Source: a virus (Duplodnaviria > Caudoviricetes). Taken from it: a DNA stretch of 64,000 nucleotides. Positions 26,013-36,277 of the stretch are shown piece after piece (the stretch's first letter is position 1; each line of letters starts with the position of its first letter). Under the pieces are notes generated by a model. That model did not search any database. It saw only the letters and a program-made list of their open reading frames with translations, and was not told the origin of the DNA. A program made the position numbers and the translations under genes. The stretch lies in IMG/VR virus record IMGVR_UViG_3300037424_000434, positions 32,001 to 96,000 of that record; one strand, given 5' to 3'.

Positions 26013-26378
26013 ATGAGGTTTGCCCAATATTTGACAGAAGAGATGAGATAGGAAACAAAGAAATATGATGGGGATTTTCCGTGGAAAAGTGATGTATATC
26101 CCGATTTGATCATTAAAGTATGGAATGAATCCAAAATTATTGCATTAATTTATGCAACAAAACTTTCAACTACAGGTATTCAGGTTGAATATGCCGTAAT
26201 ACTTGATGAAAAGATGAGAGGAAAGGGTGTCTATACAGAAATCATATCTCATTTAAACAAACAATATGAGATTGTATCGGACGAAGATAGCAATAACTCA
26301 GCAAAAGAAATATATAAAAAACTGGGAGCAGATTACCAACGAGGTAGATATGTTCTTAAAAGAGGTACAGTGAAATGA
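26013..26378 (+). pseudogene. GNAT-like protein with capsid-targeting-like leader, interrupted by an in-frame TAG
   Basis: MRFAQYLTEEMR-TAG(26049-51), frame continues to MRGKGVYT...SAKEIYKKLG. Confidence 0.65.
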
Positions 26379-26653
26379 GATTAGAAAAACTTATAAATGA
26401 GGGGCTGTTTAACAACAAGAAAAGACAGGCTCTCATTGAATCTATTCCCGAAATCAGAGAATTAGAATTCACCAAGCATCAACATCAAACCTTTGAACTG
26501 TGTCCATCGTGGATCGAACGACTTGAACAAAAGGGAATAAACGAAACCTTGTTTAAAAAGAGACAACAATTGGTTGCAACTATTCACAGGAAAATAGATG
26601 AGTCTGATCTAACAGAAAAAGACAAAGAGAACTTGAAAAAGAGGTATTCATGA
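26375..26653 (+). CDS. Putative internal head protein
   Basis: MRLEKLINE; overlaps the upstream stop. Confidence 0.7.
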   Translation: MRLEKLINEGLFNNKKRQALIESIPEIRELEFTKHQHQTFELCPSWIERLEQKGINETLFKKRQQLVATIHRKIDESDLTEKDKENLKKRYS

Positions 26654-26913
26654 AATTACGGAAATATTTAACTGAAGACAAAGAATTTGCACAATACTTG
26701 TTCGGTCAACTAGATTCCAGAGCCAATGATCTTAAAAGAGGTGTATCCAAAGGATCAATGCTTGCCGCAGAATTTGCGGATATGACGAAAAGTGATAAAT
26801 TAAAGTTTTTTAATGAAAAAGTTATACCCTTGTACCGTAAACACAGATCACCAGAGAAATGGTCGGAAGAATTGCATTTATTTATACGAAACGTTTTTGG
26901 GGAATTGTCATGA
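26650..26913 (+). CDS. Putative internal head protein
   Basis: MKLRKYLTE; ATGA coupling. Confidence 0.7.
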   Translation: MKLRKYLTEDKEFAQYLFGQLDSRANDLKRGVSKGSMLAAEFADMTKSDKLKFFNEKVIPLYRKHRSPEKWSEELHLFIRNVFGELS

Positions 26914-27410
26914 AATTTCAACGTTACCTACAAGAAGAATATGTAGATACTGTTGTATATAAACAATATCAATCAGAATTATTCGTCAATCCATCCCGGA
27001 GTGAGTTGACGGATTTAAAAGACGCTTCTCCCGGTGGATATCGGTTTGTGGTTGACACCAAATACAAAAAAATCTATATGGTTTCAAGTGAAATTTTACA
27101 TGAGGATCTGTTTGAAATAAAACCCAATTTATTGCCAAACTTCGATTTTGCCGATTATTACACCAAAGGATTGAATACTGACAGGGTTTTTACTGGAAGT
27201 GGGGAGTGGGGCAAAAAAATTATATCTGATTCATGGAGTATTCATGGGGATATACAACGATACGCAGGCAATGATAAAACTGTAAAAAAGATGACAAAAC
27301 TCTATAATACTGATATGACATGGATTAACCGATACATACCCCAAAAAGACATTAAGGAAATAATAGACAAGCTAATAAAAAGGATTGAGAGTTTTCCCAA
27401 AAAATACTGA
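26910..27410 (+). CDS. Putative internal head protein, NP..E paralog family
   Basis: MKFQRYLQEEY...ELFVNPSRSEL. Confidence 0.75.
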   Translation: MKFQRYLQEEYVDTVVYKQYQSELFVNPSRSELTDLKDASPGGYRFVVDTKYKKIYMVSSEILHEDLFEIKPNLLPNFDFADYYTKGLNTDRVFTGSGEWGKKIISDSWSIHGDIQRYAGNDKTVKKMTKLYNTDMTWINRYIPQKDIKEIIDKLIKRIESFPKKY

Positions 27411-27487
27411 AATAAAGTATTGACACCCATTCTATTTTGTTCTATGCTGTATTTGTGTTTAGACCCGAACTATAAAGGTTATGGATC

Positions 27488-27625
27488 ATGCCTCTTGTTG
27501 AAATAATATGTTGTGATTGTCAATGTCATTTGGGCTGGCTGGTCGATACGGGCCATGACAGCATGTCTTTTTGTGACGAATGCGTAGAAGAAGACGAAAC
27601 CATTCAGGATGAAGAGGAAAGATAA
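27488..27625 (+). CDS. Small acidic Zn-ribbon peptide
   Basis: CCDC...FCDEC; below the ORF-track size cutoff. Confidence 0.45.
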   Translation: MPLVEIICCDCQCHLGWLVDTGHDSMSFCDECVEEDETIQDEEER

Positions 27626-27631
27626 GGAAAG

Positions 27632-27925
27632 ATGGTAAACTATACAGACTACCATTATAGACCCACTCGACCAGATGAAAAATATACTGTATTCATGATG
27701 TATGACCAACATGGCCACAAAACAGAATATTATGCAGTGAAAGAATGTACCAGTCCACCGCTCAAACCGCTATTACTAGCACATTTATGTGTCATGGTCA
27801 CATATGATCACGAAAAGGAGACACATATACTTATAAAAAACCGAATGAGTGTTAGAGTGCCCAATATTGTGTACCACAGAAAACCCGAACAACATAACCT
27901 ACCCGAAGAATTGTTCATTATATAA
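27632..27925 (+). CDS. Small protein with acidic LF tail
   Basis: Ends HNLPEELFII. Confidence 0.65.
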   Translation: MVNYTDYHYRPTRPDEKYTVFMMYDQHGHKTEYYAVKECTSPPLKPLLLAHLCVMVTYDHEKETHILIKNRMSVRVPNIVYHRKPEQHNLPEELFII

Positions 27926-27929
27926 AATT

Positions 27930-27966
27930 GATAAATACTCCCGAATGGCTATGTTCGGGAGTATTT
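27930..27966 (+). terminator. Intrinsic terminator overlapping late promoter GATAAATA
   Basis: Perfect 13-bp stem aaatactcccgaa/ttcgggagtattt. Confidence 0.65.
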
Positions 27967-28041
27967 TGACTTTAAGGAAAATACCCAATCAATAAATAAA
28001 CAATTGTTCAATATTTTGACAATATAAAAAGGAGAGATACG

Positions 28042-28269
28042 ATGACAGATATTAATGAAATCACAAACAAATACCTTGGAGAAGCACTCTCGGGTGACCA
28101 AAAATCCATGCTAAAGGATCAAGATGTTATCCTTGACGCTATTATGGACATGACAGACAAATCCGAAATCAAAAAAATTAGTCAAATGATTAAAGACTTC
28201 AAATCCAAATATCCCGGCCATGGTGCTGACCTAACCAAGCTATTGGACAAAGAGGCGAGAGGTCTGTGA
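28042..28269 (+). CDS. Putative internal head protein
   Basis: MTDINEITNKYLGE; AAGGAG RBS. Confidence 0.7.
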   Translation: MTDINEITNKYLGEALSGDQKSMLKDQDVILDAIMDMTDKSEIKKISQMIKDFKSKYPGHGADLTKLLDKEARGL

Positions 28270-28595
28270 AGAAAATCACAAAAAACATTGCAACAATTGA
28301 ACACAACGGGCAGGAGTTCACTCGAACCCTATCCGAAATATACTAACCCCCTAATATCGGAATGTGTATGCTTGATAAAGAGATTGTTATTATATTCCTA
28401 ATGCGTAAATATTCCATTTCAATGGATCAAGCGTGTGAATACCTTGATGATCTAATCGAATCTTTGTATGAAGAGAAAAGGGTTACAGAATTTCGGATGG
28501 AATCATAGTAAACACTAATACTCCCTTCATATTGTCATTTAACCCTTGGCGTGTTATGTTCGTCCAATGGTTTTCTTTTCCTAAAGAGGTATTAT

Positions 28596-28907
28596 ATGTC
28601 CCATTTTACGTTATCGGCCAGAGTCAAGTCAAGTATAACAGACAGGGTTGCTGTTAGTCCAGACTACCGAATAGCAAAAATTAGCGACAGGGTTGATACA
28701 TCCTTATGTGCATGTCATGTACAAGGACAACGGGTACTGTTGAAACCCGCTGACCACAACAACGAACTATTTTATTTTGTTGACAATGACACTTACATCG
28801 TAGTACGATATGCTATGGTGTCTATCCATGACATAGACTATATTTTGGATGATGAGGCCCCCCTCATGCCTTGCATCAAATTAGATGAAGAGCTATTTAT
28901 TCTATGA
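28596..28907 (+). CDS. Small protein with acidic LF tail
   Basis: Ends IKLDEELFIL. Confidence 0.65.
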   Translation: MSHFTLSARVKSSITDRVAVSPDYRIAKISDRVDTSLCACHVQGQRVLLKPADHNNELFYFVDNDTYIVVRYAMVSIHDIDYILDDEAPLMPCIKLDEELFIL

Positions 28908-29116
28908 TATATGCACAGGGAACCGTTTTGTATAGAGACCCCGATATCCGTTGTACTGTATTGGACTATGACATGAAGACAGGAACATATTGTTTATATT
29001 GGATCAAATCGGGAGCGACGGCATATTGGGGGGCGTATACGGTCAATACTTACCTAAAACCATTACCACCACAACCAACCATTTTCGAGGACAACGAGGA
29101 GTTGTTTCTGTTATGA
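28904..29116 (+). CDS. Small SH3-like protein with acidic LF tail
   Basis: Ends PPQPTIFEDNEELFLL. Confidence 0.65.
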   Translation: MIYAQGTVLYRDPDIRCTVLDYDMKTGTYCLYWIKSGATAYWGAYTVNTYLKPLPPQPTIFEDNEELFLL

Positions 29117-29421
29117 AGAAATTCAAAAAGGGAGATAGAGTTGTTTTAAATACACCCAATAACGTGGGATCATTTGGTGCCTACAGTGTTTTGTGGAAAA
29201 AGTTTTGGCGGGACAACAAATCAACCATATTTATCATCGATACAGTTCACCCGAAACGCCCTTCGTACACTATAAAAACAGAAAGTGGTTCATCTGTATA
29301 CTACCAAGATTTCCCCGAAACCGGTACTGTCGCCCATTTTTGGGAAAATGAGATTATAGCAACACCAACACTTCCAGCAATACAACCAATCACGTTTGAT
29401 GAGGAATTGTTCCTACTATGA
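29113..29421 (+). CDS. Small SH3/KOW-like protein with acidic LF tail
   Basis: MKKFKKGDRVVL; ends ITFDEELFLL. Confidence 0.7.
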   Translation: MKKFKKGDRVVLNTPNNVGSFGAYSVLWKKFWRDNKSTIFIIDTVHPKRPSYTIKTESGSSVYYQDFPETGTVAHFWENEIIATPTLPAIQPITFDEELFLL

Positions 29422-29441
29422 TGTTCTGAAAAAAGTTCAAC

Positions 29442-29723
29442 TTGAAACCACGAATTGTCGTTATTACAGTCGAGGGAAGAGAACCCCAGTATGCAATAAA
29501 ATGTTTTTGGTTATATTTGGACATACTAGGTTACAACAAACAACGTTGGTTTACACGAAGTTCTCCTTTGTTTGGGTGTTGTTTAACAGTAAGCAAAGAT
29601 AAAATAATGCGCATACATCAACAGCTTGGCCGGAAGACAAAAAAACGTGTCCATATAGAGACACTTCTTGAATGCACCCCTCCTACACTCATAGACCCGC
29701 CCCCCGGAAGATTCCCATATTGA
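29442..29723 (+). CDS. Hypothetical protein
   Basis: ORF in operon position; start uncertain. Confidence 0.4.
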   Translation: MKPRIVVITVEGREPQYAIKCFWLYLDILGYNKQRWFTRSSPLFGCCLTVSKDKIMRIHQQLGRKTKKRVHIETLLECTPPTLIDPPPGRFPY

Positions 29724-29763
29724 TCAGTCCCTCCATCGAATGGGAATAATCAAATAACATTTG

Positions 29764-29819
29764 TTTACATCTAGTACCATATATGATACCTTCTTATAAT
29801 CAAATACAAGAAGGTATCA
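29764..29819 (+). promoter_or_regulatory. Promoter TTTACA-N14-TGn-TACCTT with a 12-bp inverted repeat joining -10 and RBS
   Basis: tgataccttctt (29784-95) / aagaaggtatca (29808-19). Confidence 0.6.
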
Positions 29820-29820
29820 C

Positions 29821-30294
29821 ATGTCAAGGACAGAAAGGTTTAAATCAAAAAAAGACACCGCAGAAGAAAAACAAATAGTATCAATACTCAACAAAAGACT
29901 CACACCTCTGTTCAACGTGATTCACAATGAAACACCCAATAACCATTACGACTTTGATCTATATAATAATCAAGGAATAAGAGTATCAATTATAGAATTC
30001 AAACGTCGATATATCAACTCTGATACATACCCAACATGGGTAATAGCCAAGATAAAACTGGAAAGACTCGTCTCCATAGCACAAGAACTGAACTGCAAAC
30101 CCATATGGATCTTTGGTTTCAACAATGAATATAGATTTGTTAATGTCTTGAAACTATCACCCGATGACCTAGGACAAGTGACGGAAATTAGAAGAGACAA
30201 ACCACGATATGGTAATAGAGTAGGGGTGTCTGATGTGGAAGACGGATACAAAGTGAAAGATTCACCTGTATGGAAGAAAATATCAATTAATTGA
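29821..30294 (+). CDS. PD-(D/E)XK nuclease-like protein
   Basis: E...HYDFDL...IIEFKRR...YPT...K. Confidence 0.65.
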   Translation: MSRTERFKSKKDTAEEKQIVSILNKRLTPLFNVIHNETPNNHYDFDLYNNQGIRVSIIEFKRRYINSDTYPTWVIAKIKLERLVSIAQELNCKPIWIFGFNNEYRFVNVLKLSPDDLGQVTEIRRDKPRYGNRVGVSDVEDGYKVKDSPVWKKISIN

Positions 30295-30313
30295 GAGGAT
30301 ATAGGTAACCACT

Positions 30314-30592
30314 ATGAGAAAACAAGACAATCTACCAACAAACCCTGTATACCAAGATACACTATACCGCATCATGATAAGAATGGGCCGGGATGAAGTG
30401 TTTAGATATAGAATATATCAAAAGAAATTCGCTTTCTGGATATTTCCTTATTGGGAGGATATTGATGATTGGGATCTTGGCTGGGACACCAAAAAAGATG
30501 CCATGAATCATATTGATTATATCCGCAAAGAAAATAAAAAATATGACGAAAGAAAAAAGAAAATAAAACAGTACAGGAAAAAAGGATATTAG
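30314..30592 (+). CDS. Hypothetical protein
   Basis: ORF with aromatic/basic composition. Confidence 0.55.
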   Translation: MRKQDNLPTNPVYQDTLYRIMIRMGRDEVFRYRIYQKKFAFWIFPYWEDIDDWDLGWDTKKDAMNHIDYIRKENKKYDERKKKIKQYRKKGY

Positions 30593-30676
30593 CCAAAATA
30601 ACCGTTGACTCCTAAATATTACTTTGATAAACTCTATTTGTAAACAAGATGACACAACAAATAAAAGGGGTCCATC

Positions 30677-30934
30677 ATGAAACGGAAGCTTTCTTTCGAA
30701 AAAGCAAAAGCTTTATATGTTTATCGGTATACCATGGACCATGTTCCAGTTTGGGCAAAAAAGCCCTGTTCTGCCGGGAAATATTACGCTCCCCAATATA
30801 AATCCGATCTTGAGTGGTTCGAGAACACTGTCTTTCCCGGTGAAAAAGGTGTTCATAGTACCAGTACGAAATGCGATACCACCAATCAATCATGGCCTCT
30901 CGGTGTCTGGCTAGATTCACCTTACTCGAAATAA
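30677..30934 (+). CDS. Conserved phage hypothetical protein
   Basis: YRYTMDHVP.WA...YAPQY.SD.EW pattern. Confidence 0.7.
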   Translation: MKRKLSFEKAKALYVYRYTMDHVPVWAKKPCSAGKYYAPQYKSDLEWFENTVFPGEKGVHSTSTKCDTTNQSWPLGVWLDSPYSK

Positions 30935-30958
30935 TAAAAAAATAACTGAAAATAATCC

Positions 30959-30987
30959 TTGACTTTTATAAGTAACCTTGATAAGAT
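30959..30987 (+). promoter_or_regulatory. sigma70 promoter with AAGTAACCT box
   Basis: TTGACT-tttataagtaaccttga-TAAGAT. Confidence 0.75.
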
Positions 30988-31035
30988 GTATATGTAAGAC
31001 GGACGGAACACTAACTCTAAAAAAGGAGAATCACC

Positions 31036-31218
31036 ATGAAATTCGGATCTGTGGTAAACGTGTCCAAGGGTAGCAACAAATCGGTGGTCGGTAAAGTTGT
31101 CGGCATGAAAGGCAAAATGGCCAAAGTCAAGCAGGAATCCTACTCCAAACAAGAAGCTCTCGAAGCCGAATTGTTCGGTGGTGTCTGGGTTCGCAAATCC
31201 CAAGTGTCTTCTCTCTAA
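31036..31218 (+). CDS. Small basic SH3-like protein
   Basis: AAGGAG RBS, own promoter and terminator. Confidence 0.7.
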   Translation: MKFGSVVNVSKGSNKSVVGKVVGMKGKMAKVKQESYSKQEALEAELFGGVWVRKSQVSSL

Positions 31219-31238
31219 AAAAGACACTTCACCAAAAC

Positions 31239-31270
31239 AAAAAGCGCAATATTCAATGATTGCGCTTTTT
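31239..31270 (+). terminator. Intrinsic terminator
   Basis: aaaaagcgcaat/attgcgcttttt. Confidence 0.75.
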
Positions 31271-31289
31271 GTTATCCAATGGGGGGCAA

Positions 31290-31499
31290 ATGAATCACTA
31301 TAAATGGCTAAACAATAACCTGAAAGAATTTTTCGACAAGCTTAATTTGAACTCAGATTATTGTGATGGCATTATTTCTGCCGATGGGGACAAATGTTAC
31401 CAATACCGGGATACTTGGGAAAAACATGGCATTCCTTTTAATCATATATCCATCCAAATGAACCCCTACAAGCAATCTTTCTCTCCAAAGATGCCATAA
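31290..31499 (+). CDS. Hypothetical protein, possibly truncated
   Basis: MNHYKWLN...GDKCYQYRDTWEKHGIPF. Confidence 0.45.
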   Translation: MNHYKWLNNNLKEFFDKLNLNSDYCDGIISADGDKCYQYRDTWEKHGIPFNHISIQMNPYKQSFSPKMP

Positions 31500-31755
31500 C
31501 CGTATTAGAAGAAATTTGTAATAAGGATTATTAATAAAACACAGTCTCTTTACATTTTCACCCCAATATGATATCCTTCTATTAATGAACCAGTAGAAGG
31601 ATATTTTTTATCCATAATCACTGACCACAAAAAACCCCAAAAACAATTCTCATGGCTGGTAATGCAATTGAACCACGCAAATGACTAGTTTAATATACAG
31701 TAAACCACTCATTGAATAATATACTAGTCATTATCATAAAAAAGGAAGGTCAAAT

Positions 31756-32022
31756 ATGTTAGAAAAAGGGGATATTGTATACTTTACATCCGAACGTATT
31801 AAGAGAGCTCAAATTGATAAAAACAACCCCAATAGAGCAGATCAATATATACTGAAAAACGCCTACAAAAAATGTATCGTTGATCGTGTCTCATATTGGG
31901 ATAATAAAAGACATATCCGATTAGTCGGTTATCGAAGAGTGTATAATGAAAACTCTTTGACCAAAATAAAACCACCATCACCCTCACAATACATGTTAAA
32001 CAAAGAATTGTTCGTTTTATGA
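31756..32022 (+). CDS. Small SH3-like protein with LF tail
   Basis: MLEKGDIVYF; ends YMLNKELFVL. Confidence 0.7.
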   Translation: MLEKGDIVYFTSERIKRAQIDKNNPNRADQYILKNAYKKCIVDRVSYWDNKRHIRLVGYRRVYNENSLTKIKPPSPSQYMLNKELFVL

Positions 32023-32061
32023 AAACGAATATCAAATATAATACTCCAAAGGAAACTATCC

Positions 32062-32262
32062 ATGACCGAAAATGAAAAAATTCCCCTATCTGATAAAGTA
32101 CATTACAATTGGCCAAAATCATCAACACACTGTATCGAATATGACATGTATGTCGATAGAGAACGTATGATGTCCGAATTATTAGCTCACCCAAAATCCG
32201 TCACAAGAAACAAAGCCATTAATGTGCTCAAGGAAATTATCGAAAGATATGATAATCAATGA
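32062..32262 (+). CDS. Hypothetical protein
   Basis: AAGGA RBS. Confidence 0.5.
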   Translation: MTENEKIPLSDKVHYNWPKSSTHCIEYDMYVDRERMMSELLAHPKSVTRNKAINVLKEIIERYDNQ

Positions 32263-32525
32263 TAATAACATCGATCCCCTCTGTCCACTCTCACCACGAC
32301 TTGATTAATATGTTCAAAGAAAACCCCAATAAATCCAAGTAGTTAAATGTGCGTTTATGGAATCACTATAGGTCGAACTAATAGTTATACTCACGTCTTC
32401 TATATATGTAGATAACTCCCATCACCATTCAAAAGACTTATGAGAATATAAGTCTTTTGAACTTGACAATGACTTGTTTGTGTTGTAGAATAATACCATA
32501 CACTCTTGCCCAAGGAGATATCCCT

Positions 32526-32747
32526 ATGACGCACTGTGACCCCGAGACCTTCCTCGAAAGATCTCTGAAATGCCAAGAACTCGAATTCCATGCCAATAGA
32601 TTACCAAAACTTCATGAGAATTTCTCCGGCTGGATCAATATGTACTGGGTTGAAGGCGTTGTTGTCGAAGTCTACTACGCCGGTTGGAACTCCTATGCTA
32701 TCATTAAAACTGTAGATAATAATTTCTTCAAATATTATCCTATATGA
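32526..32747 (+). CDS. Hypothetical protein
   Basis: AAGGAG RBS; TTGACA promoter upstream. Confidence 0.6.
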   Translation: MTHCDPETFLERSLKCQELEFHANRLPKLHENFSGWINMYWVEGVVVEVYYAGWNSYAIIKTVDNNFFKYYPI

Positions 32748-32795
32748 AATCAAAAAATCAATTCGATAATATCCTCTTCTCAGTGGAATAATACC

Positions 32796-33086
32796 ATGAA
32801 TACTGTTGATGAACATTTTACTAGATCCTCTATCTATAAAAATACCCCTCTGCCCCCCAATTCAAACCTCTTACTTGTGAAAATATTAATGGGTGAATCC
32901 TATAACTATTCCAAACATGTGATCGGTGAAATTTGTGTTGTTACGCCTGCGCGAGATACTGTCTATTATCGTTTTGTTGATTCACATACTCTTACCCCAC
33001 TCAATGCATATGTTCATATATCTCACTGCAATATTATCCCACAAATTATCGCCTCTCTTCTCCCCGATGATTTATTCATCTTGTAA
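32796..33086 (+). CDS. Small protein with acidic LF tail
   Basis: Ends SLLPDDLFIL. Confidence 0.6.
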   Translation: MNTVDEHFTRSSIYKNTPLPPNSNLLLVKILMGESYNYSKHVIGEICVVTPARDTVYYRFVDSHTLTPLNAYVHISHCNIIPQIIASLLPDDLFIL

Positions 33087-33135
33087 TTATTATAAATATA
33101 CATGTACTTAACCTCAATCTATTCACAGGTCTTTT

Positions 33136-33594
33136 ATGAAATTTAAACAATTTATTAATGAAAAATATCTTACCACCTTCTCCAATGCCGGAAATAACAT
33201 CGAAGTCTTCCTTAACCCCTCATCCAAAGAACTTAGAGATATTCCCTCCTTCCCCGCATATAGATTCTTGATCAATTTCAAAACTAAAGAATTCTATGCT
33301 TGGCATGTCAACACCTTCCACGATAACATTATGGACTTTGTCTCTTCCAAAAATCTTGCAAAATTTCCCAAGTTTAAAGAATATTGGTATGGTCACAAAA
33401 ATAATGACTACATCTTTACTGGTTCTGTTGACCCGGATGGCTCCGTTTACTCTGATCATATGTATACTCTGAAAAAAGATGGCGATAACCTCAAATTACT
33501 TAAACATGACTTCTCTTGGCTTAAACACTTCATTAATATCAACAAACTTAAAGATCTACTCCTTGCTGATGATATACATATTGTCGATGATTAA
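33136..33594 (+). CDS. Putative internal head protein, NP..E paralog family
   Basis: MKFKQFINE; TATAAATA at 33091-98. Confidence 0.78.
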   Translation: MKFKQFINEKYLTTFSNAGNNIEVFLNPSSKELRDIPSFPAYRFLINFKTKEFYAWHVNTFHDNIMDFVSSKNLAKFPKFKEYWYGHKNNDYIFTGSVDPDGSVYSDHMYTLKKDGDNLKLLKHDFSWLKHFININKLKDLLLADDIHIVDD

Positions 33595-33755
33595 ATAATA
33601 CACTATTTTTTTATCTCTTATTCCTTTACTTTTCATACCCAATATGATATCCTCTTAGTAATCAATAGGAAACTTTCCTTTTTACACCACTAAAAAGCTT
33701 TGTATGAGAACCTTCGAACTGATCATTAAACCATTTACCCTAATAGAGAAACAAC

Positions 33756-34034
33756 ATGAAATATTCATTCAATATTGATGATAAAGTCAAACTGACTACC
33801 ATACAATATCATGACTCTGAATATAACCCTATATGGAACGGCATTCATGGCCAAATTGAGGGAACAATATCTGAAATCTATGAGTTTGTCTGCGGCATTA
33901 GGTATAGAGTTTTATGGGATAATAACATTGCCAATTCATATTATGCAGAAGACTTGTCTCTCATTAAACCTGTCAATATATTACTCTTTAATCCTGTCAA
34001 TATGTTACTGAATGAAGATCTATTCACTTTATAA
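33756..34034 (+). CDS. Small SH3-like protein with acidic LF tail
   Basis: FNIDDKVKL...YRVLWDN; ends LLNEDLFTL. Confidence 0.7.
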   Translation: MKYSFNIDDKVKLTTIQYHDSEYNPIWNGIHGQIEGTISEIYEFVCGIRYRVLWDNNIANSYYAEDLSLIKPVNILLFNPVNMLLNEDLFTL

Positions 34035-34047
34035 AATATATTTAAAA

Positions 34048-34070
34048 TAGTGGGGCAAAATGCCCCACTA
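34048..34070 (+). terminator. Hairpin/terminator
   Basis: tagtggggca/tgccccacta. Confidence 0.55.
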
Positions 34071-34186
34071 GTTCCTTTACATGTCCCATAATATATGTTA
34101 CCCTATATATACTCTTGCTCTGTAAAAGATAAAACAGTAAATAATGTTTTTTAATATTCACTCTTTAACAAAAGGCTCTATTCCAT

Positions 34187-34471
34187 ATGAATTTTAATAT
34201 AGGCGATAAAGTGGTATTATCCAAAGATGTCCTAGATGAAATATATTCACCGGGTTGCGATTATATCGAGGAATTCGTTGCTCATGTCAAATCTCAAGAA
34301 CATCCCATTTATACTATCACGGGGTTTGATGGTGGCATGTATCGTACCGATGCCAAACGTTCCATTCTCTTCTCCATTACCTTGTTTTGGCTATTTCATG
34401 AACACGAAATTGTTCATGTGTCGAAATATTTTGACACGGTTCATCTCCCGGATCATCTGTTTACTTTATAA
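34187..34471 (+). CDS. Small SH3-like protein with LF tail
   Basis: MNFNIGDKVVL; ends HLPDHLFTL. Confidence 0.7.
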   Translation: MNFNIGDKVVLSKDVLDEIYSPGCDYIEEFVAHVKSQEHPIYTITGFDGGMYRTDAKRSILFSITLFWLFHEHEIVHVSKYFDTVHLPDHLFTL

Positions 34472-34665
34472 TTCCTATGTATCAATATGGTACCATTACT
34501 TCTCCCTTCATATATTCTTTATATAAATACAAGTAACATAAATAAACTATATACACCAAAAAATATAAATGCTCTATTATCTCAAGGTTGGATATGGACT
34601 GATAACTATCTTGTTACTAAAACTATACTAAAAAATAATCAAAATAATCAAAACAAAGGCTTAAT

Positions 34666-35118
34666 ATGAGACTATATAACTATCTATATGAACGGTACCT
34701 AACATCTGTTGAAACTAACCACAATATGGAAATATTCCTTAATCCATCTGCGGAAGAATTAAGAAGTATACCCTCCTTCCCAGAGTATAGATTCTTAATC
34801 AATTTTAAAACTAAAGAATTCTATGCTTGGCATGTCCAAATGTTCCATGTATCTGCTATGGATTGGATACGACATGAACATCTCTCCTTATTGCCAGACT
34901 TTAATCAATACTGGAATGGTAAAAATAATGACTTTTTGTTCACTGGTTCTGTTGATCCAGATAAAACAATACACTCTGATCTCATAACTAGTGTTATAGA
35001 AAATGGCGATAATCTCAAATTACTTAAATTTGACTTCAAATGGATGAAACAATATATCGATATTAAAGAACTCGAATATCTATTGCTACATGGTGATAAA
35101 AAGAAAAAATGGCGATAA
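34666..35118 (+). CDS. Putative internal head protein, close paralog of 33136
   Basis: MRLYNYLYE; shared IPSFP.YRFLINFKTKEFYAWHV; TATAAATA at 34522-29. Confidence 0.78.
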   Translation: MRLYNYLYERYLTSVETNHNMEIFLNPSAEELRSIPSFPEYRFLINFKTKEFYAWHVQMFHVSAMDWIRHEHLSLLPDFNQYWNGKNNDFLFTGSVDPDKTIHSDLITSVIENGDNLKLLKFDFKWMKQYIDIKELEYLLLHGDKKKKWR

Positions 35119-35174
35119 TCCCTTGTCTCTACCCCCCTTTTATGTTATCATTGTCTTTAATATAAACTATTTAC

Positions 35175-35450
35175 ATGGAGATTCCTTTGGATAACATATT
35201 CATAATAGGTGATAGAGTCATTCTTACTTCTAATACATATCCCGATAAAATTTCCAATCCCAGATGGAATGGATATTTTGGCCAAATTATTGGATCTGTA
35301 ACTCACTCTTTTACTCCAAGTATTAATGTTCTTACCGTTTTTGTTGAATGGGATAATGGAGCACATAACTCATATTATCCCTTTGACTTGTCTCTATATC
35401 AAAATATGTCCCCACCTATTCAGTTCCCTGAGGATCTATTCATTTTATAA
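35175..35450 (+). CDS. Small SH3-like protein with acidic LF tail, paralog of 33756
   Basis: IGDRVIL...NPRWNG..GQI.G...VEWDN..NSY; ends QFPEDLFIL. Confidence 0.72.
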   Translation: MEIPLDNIFIIGDRVILTSNTYPDKISNPRWNGYFGQIIGSVTHSFTPSINVLTVFVEWDNGAHNSYYPFDLSLYQNMSPPIQFPEDLFIL

Positions 35451-36277
35451 ACCCTTATTTGAAAATAATATATTCTACCTATTCCTTCTCTAGTCTACGG
35501 AACAATATTGCCCCATGTCAAAAAGTCTGTCTATACCCCCCCCCCACCTAAACCCTTTCTAATATGTCTAACTTATTAATATCATTAGAAAAATATCACA
35601 CTACATATGATATAAAATAATGGGGCATTTTGCCCCTATTCAATGAAGGTATCTATTCCTCTCCCACTCCTATGTACTCTTTGTTTATATATAACTAATA
35701 TTGTTGTATTATTTCCTGATGCCAATAAATTCTTTGATACCAAAGAATAAAATATCTGTTTTTTAATGATGATTTTATAATTCCTTTGATACCAAGGGGA
35801 AACAGTGTGTCAACTGTTATAAAGTTAAACGATCCCATCGAGTCCGAGTCATTTTGAAAAATATTTTTCTCTCAACCCTACATTTAAAACTAGACATTCA
35901 ATTTTTCATATACACTGATATTTACTGGGTCAAGTGAGGTTTTGCACCTAGGCCGGATACAACTTTTAACCATATCTGGTATATTCATATCATTAAAAAT
36001 CTAGAAAATGGAGGTAAAAATATACCATGAATGGTTGATATCATTAGAAATTATCTTAATGAAAGTATAAATTAATGAAAGGAAAGAGGGGTTAAGTGAG
36101 GTTTTCCCCTAGGGAAAGTATGATACATATATGGTATATTATAACATAGAAGGTAGAGGAAATATAAATATAGGAGAGAGAGAGAGAGAAAATTAATAGA
36201 AGTTGTGAACCTCGGAAAAGCTGGGGGCAGGAGAATTAATGAATATATAAGGGGGAAAGAGAATGCCACATAGAGAA

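Noticed and set aside
26049-26051. Genome-wide TAG recoding (code 15)
   Set aside because: Only one interrupted gene was found; long genes are intact in code 11, and pncB and others end plausibly at TAG.
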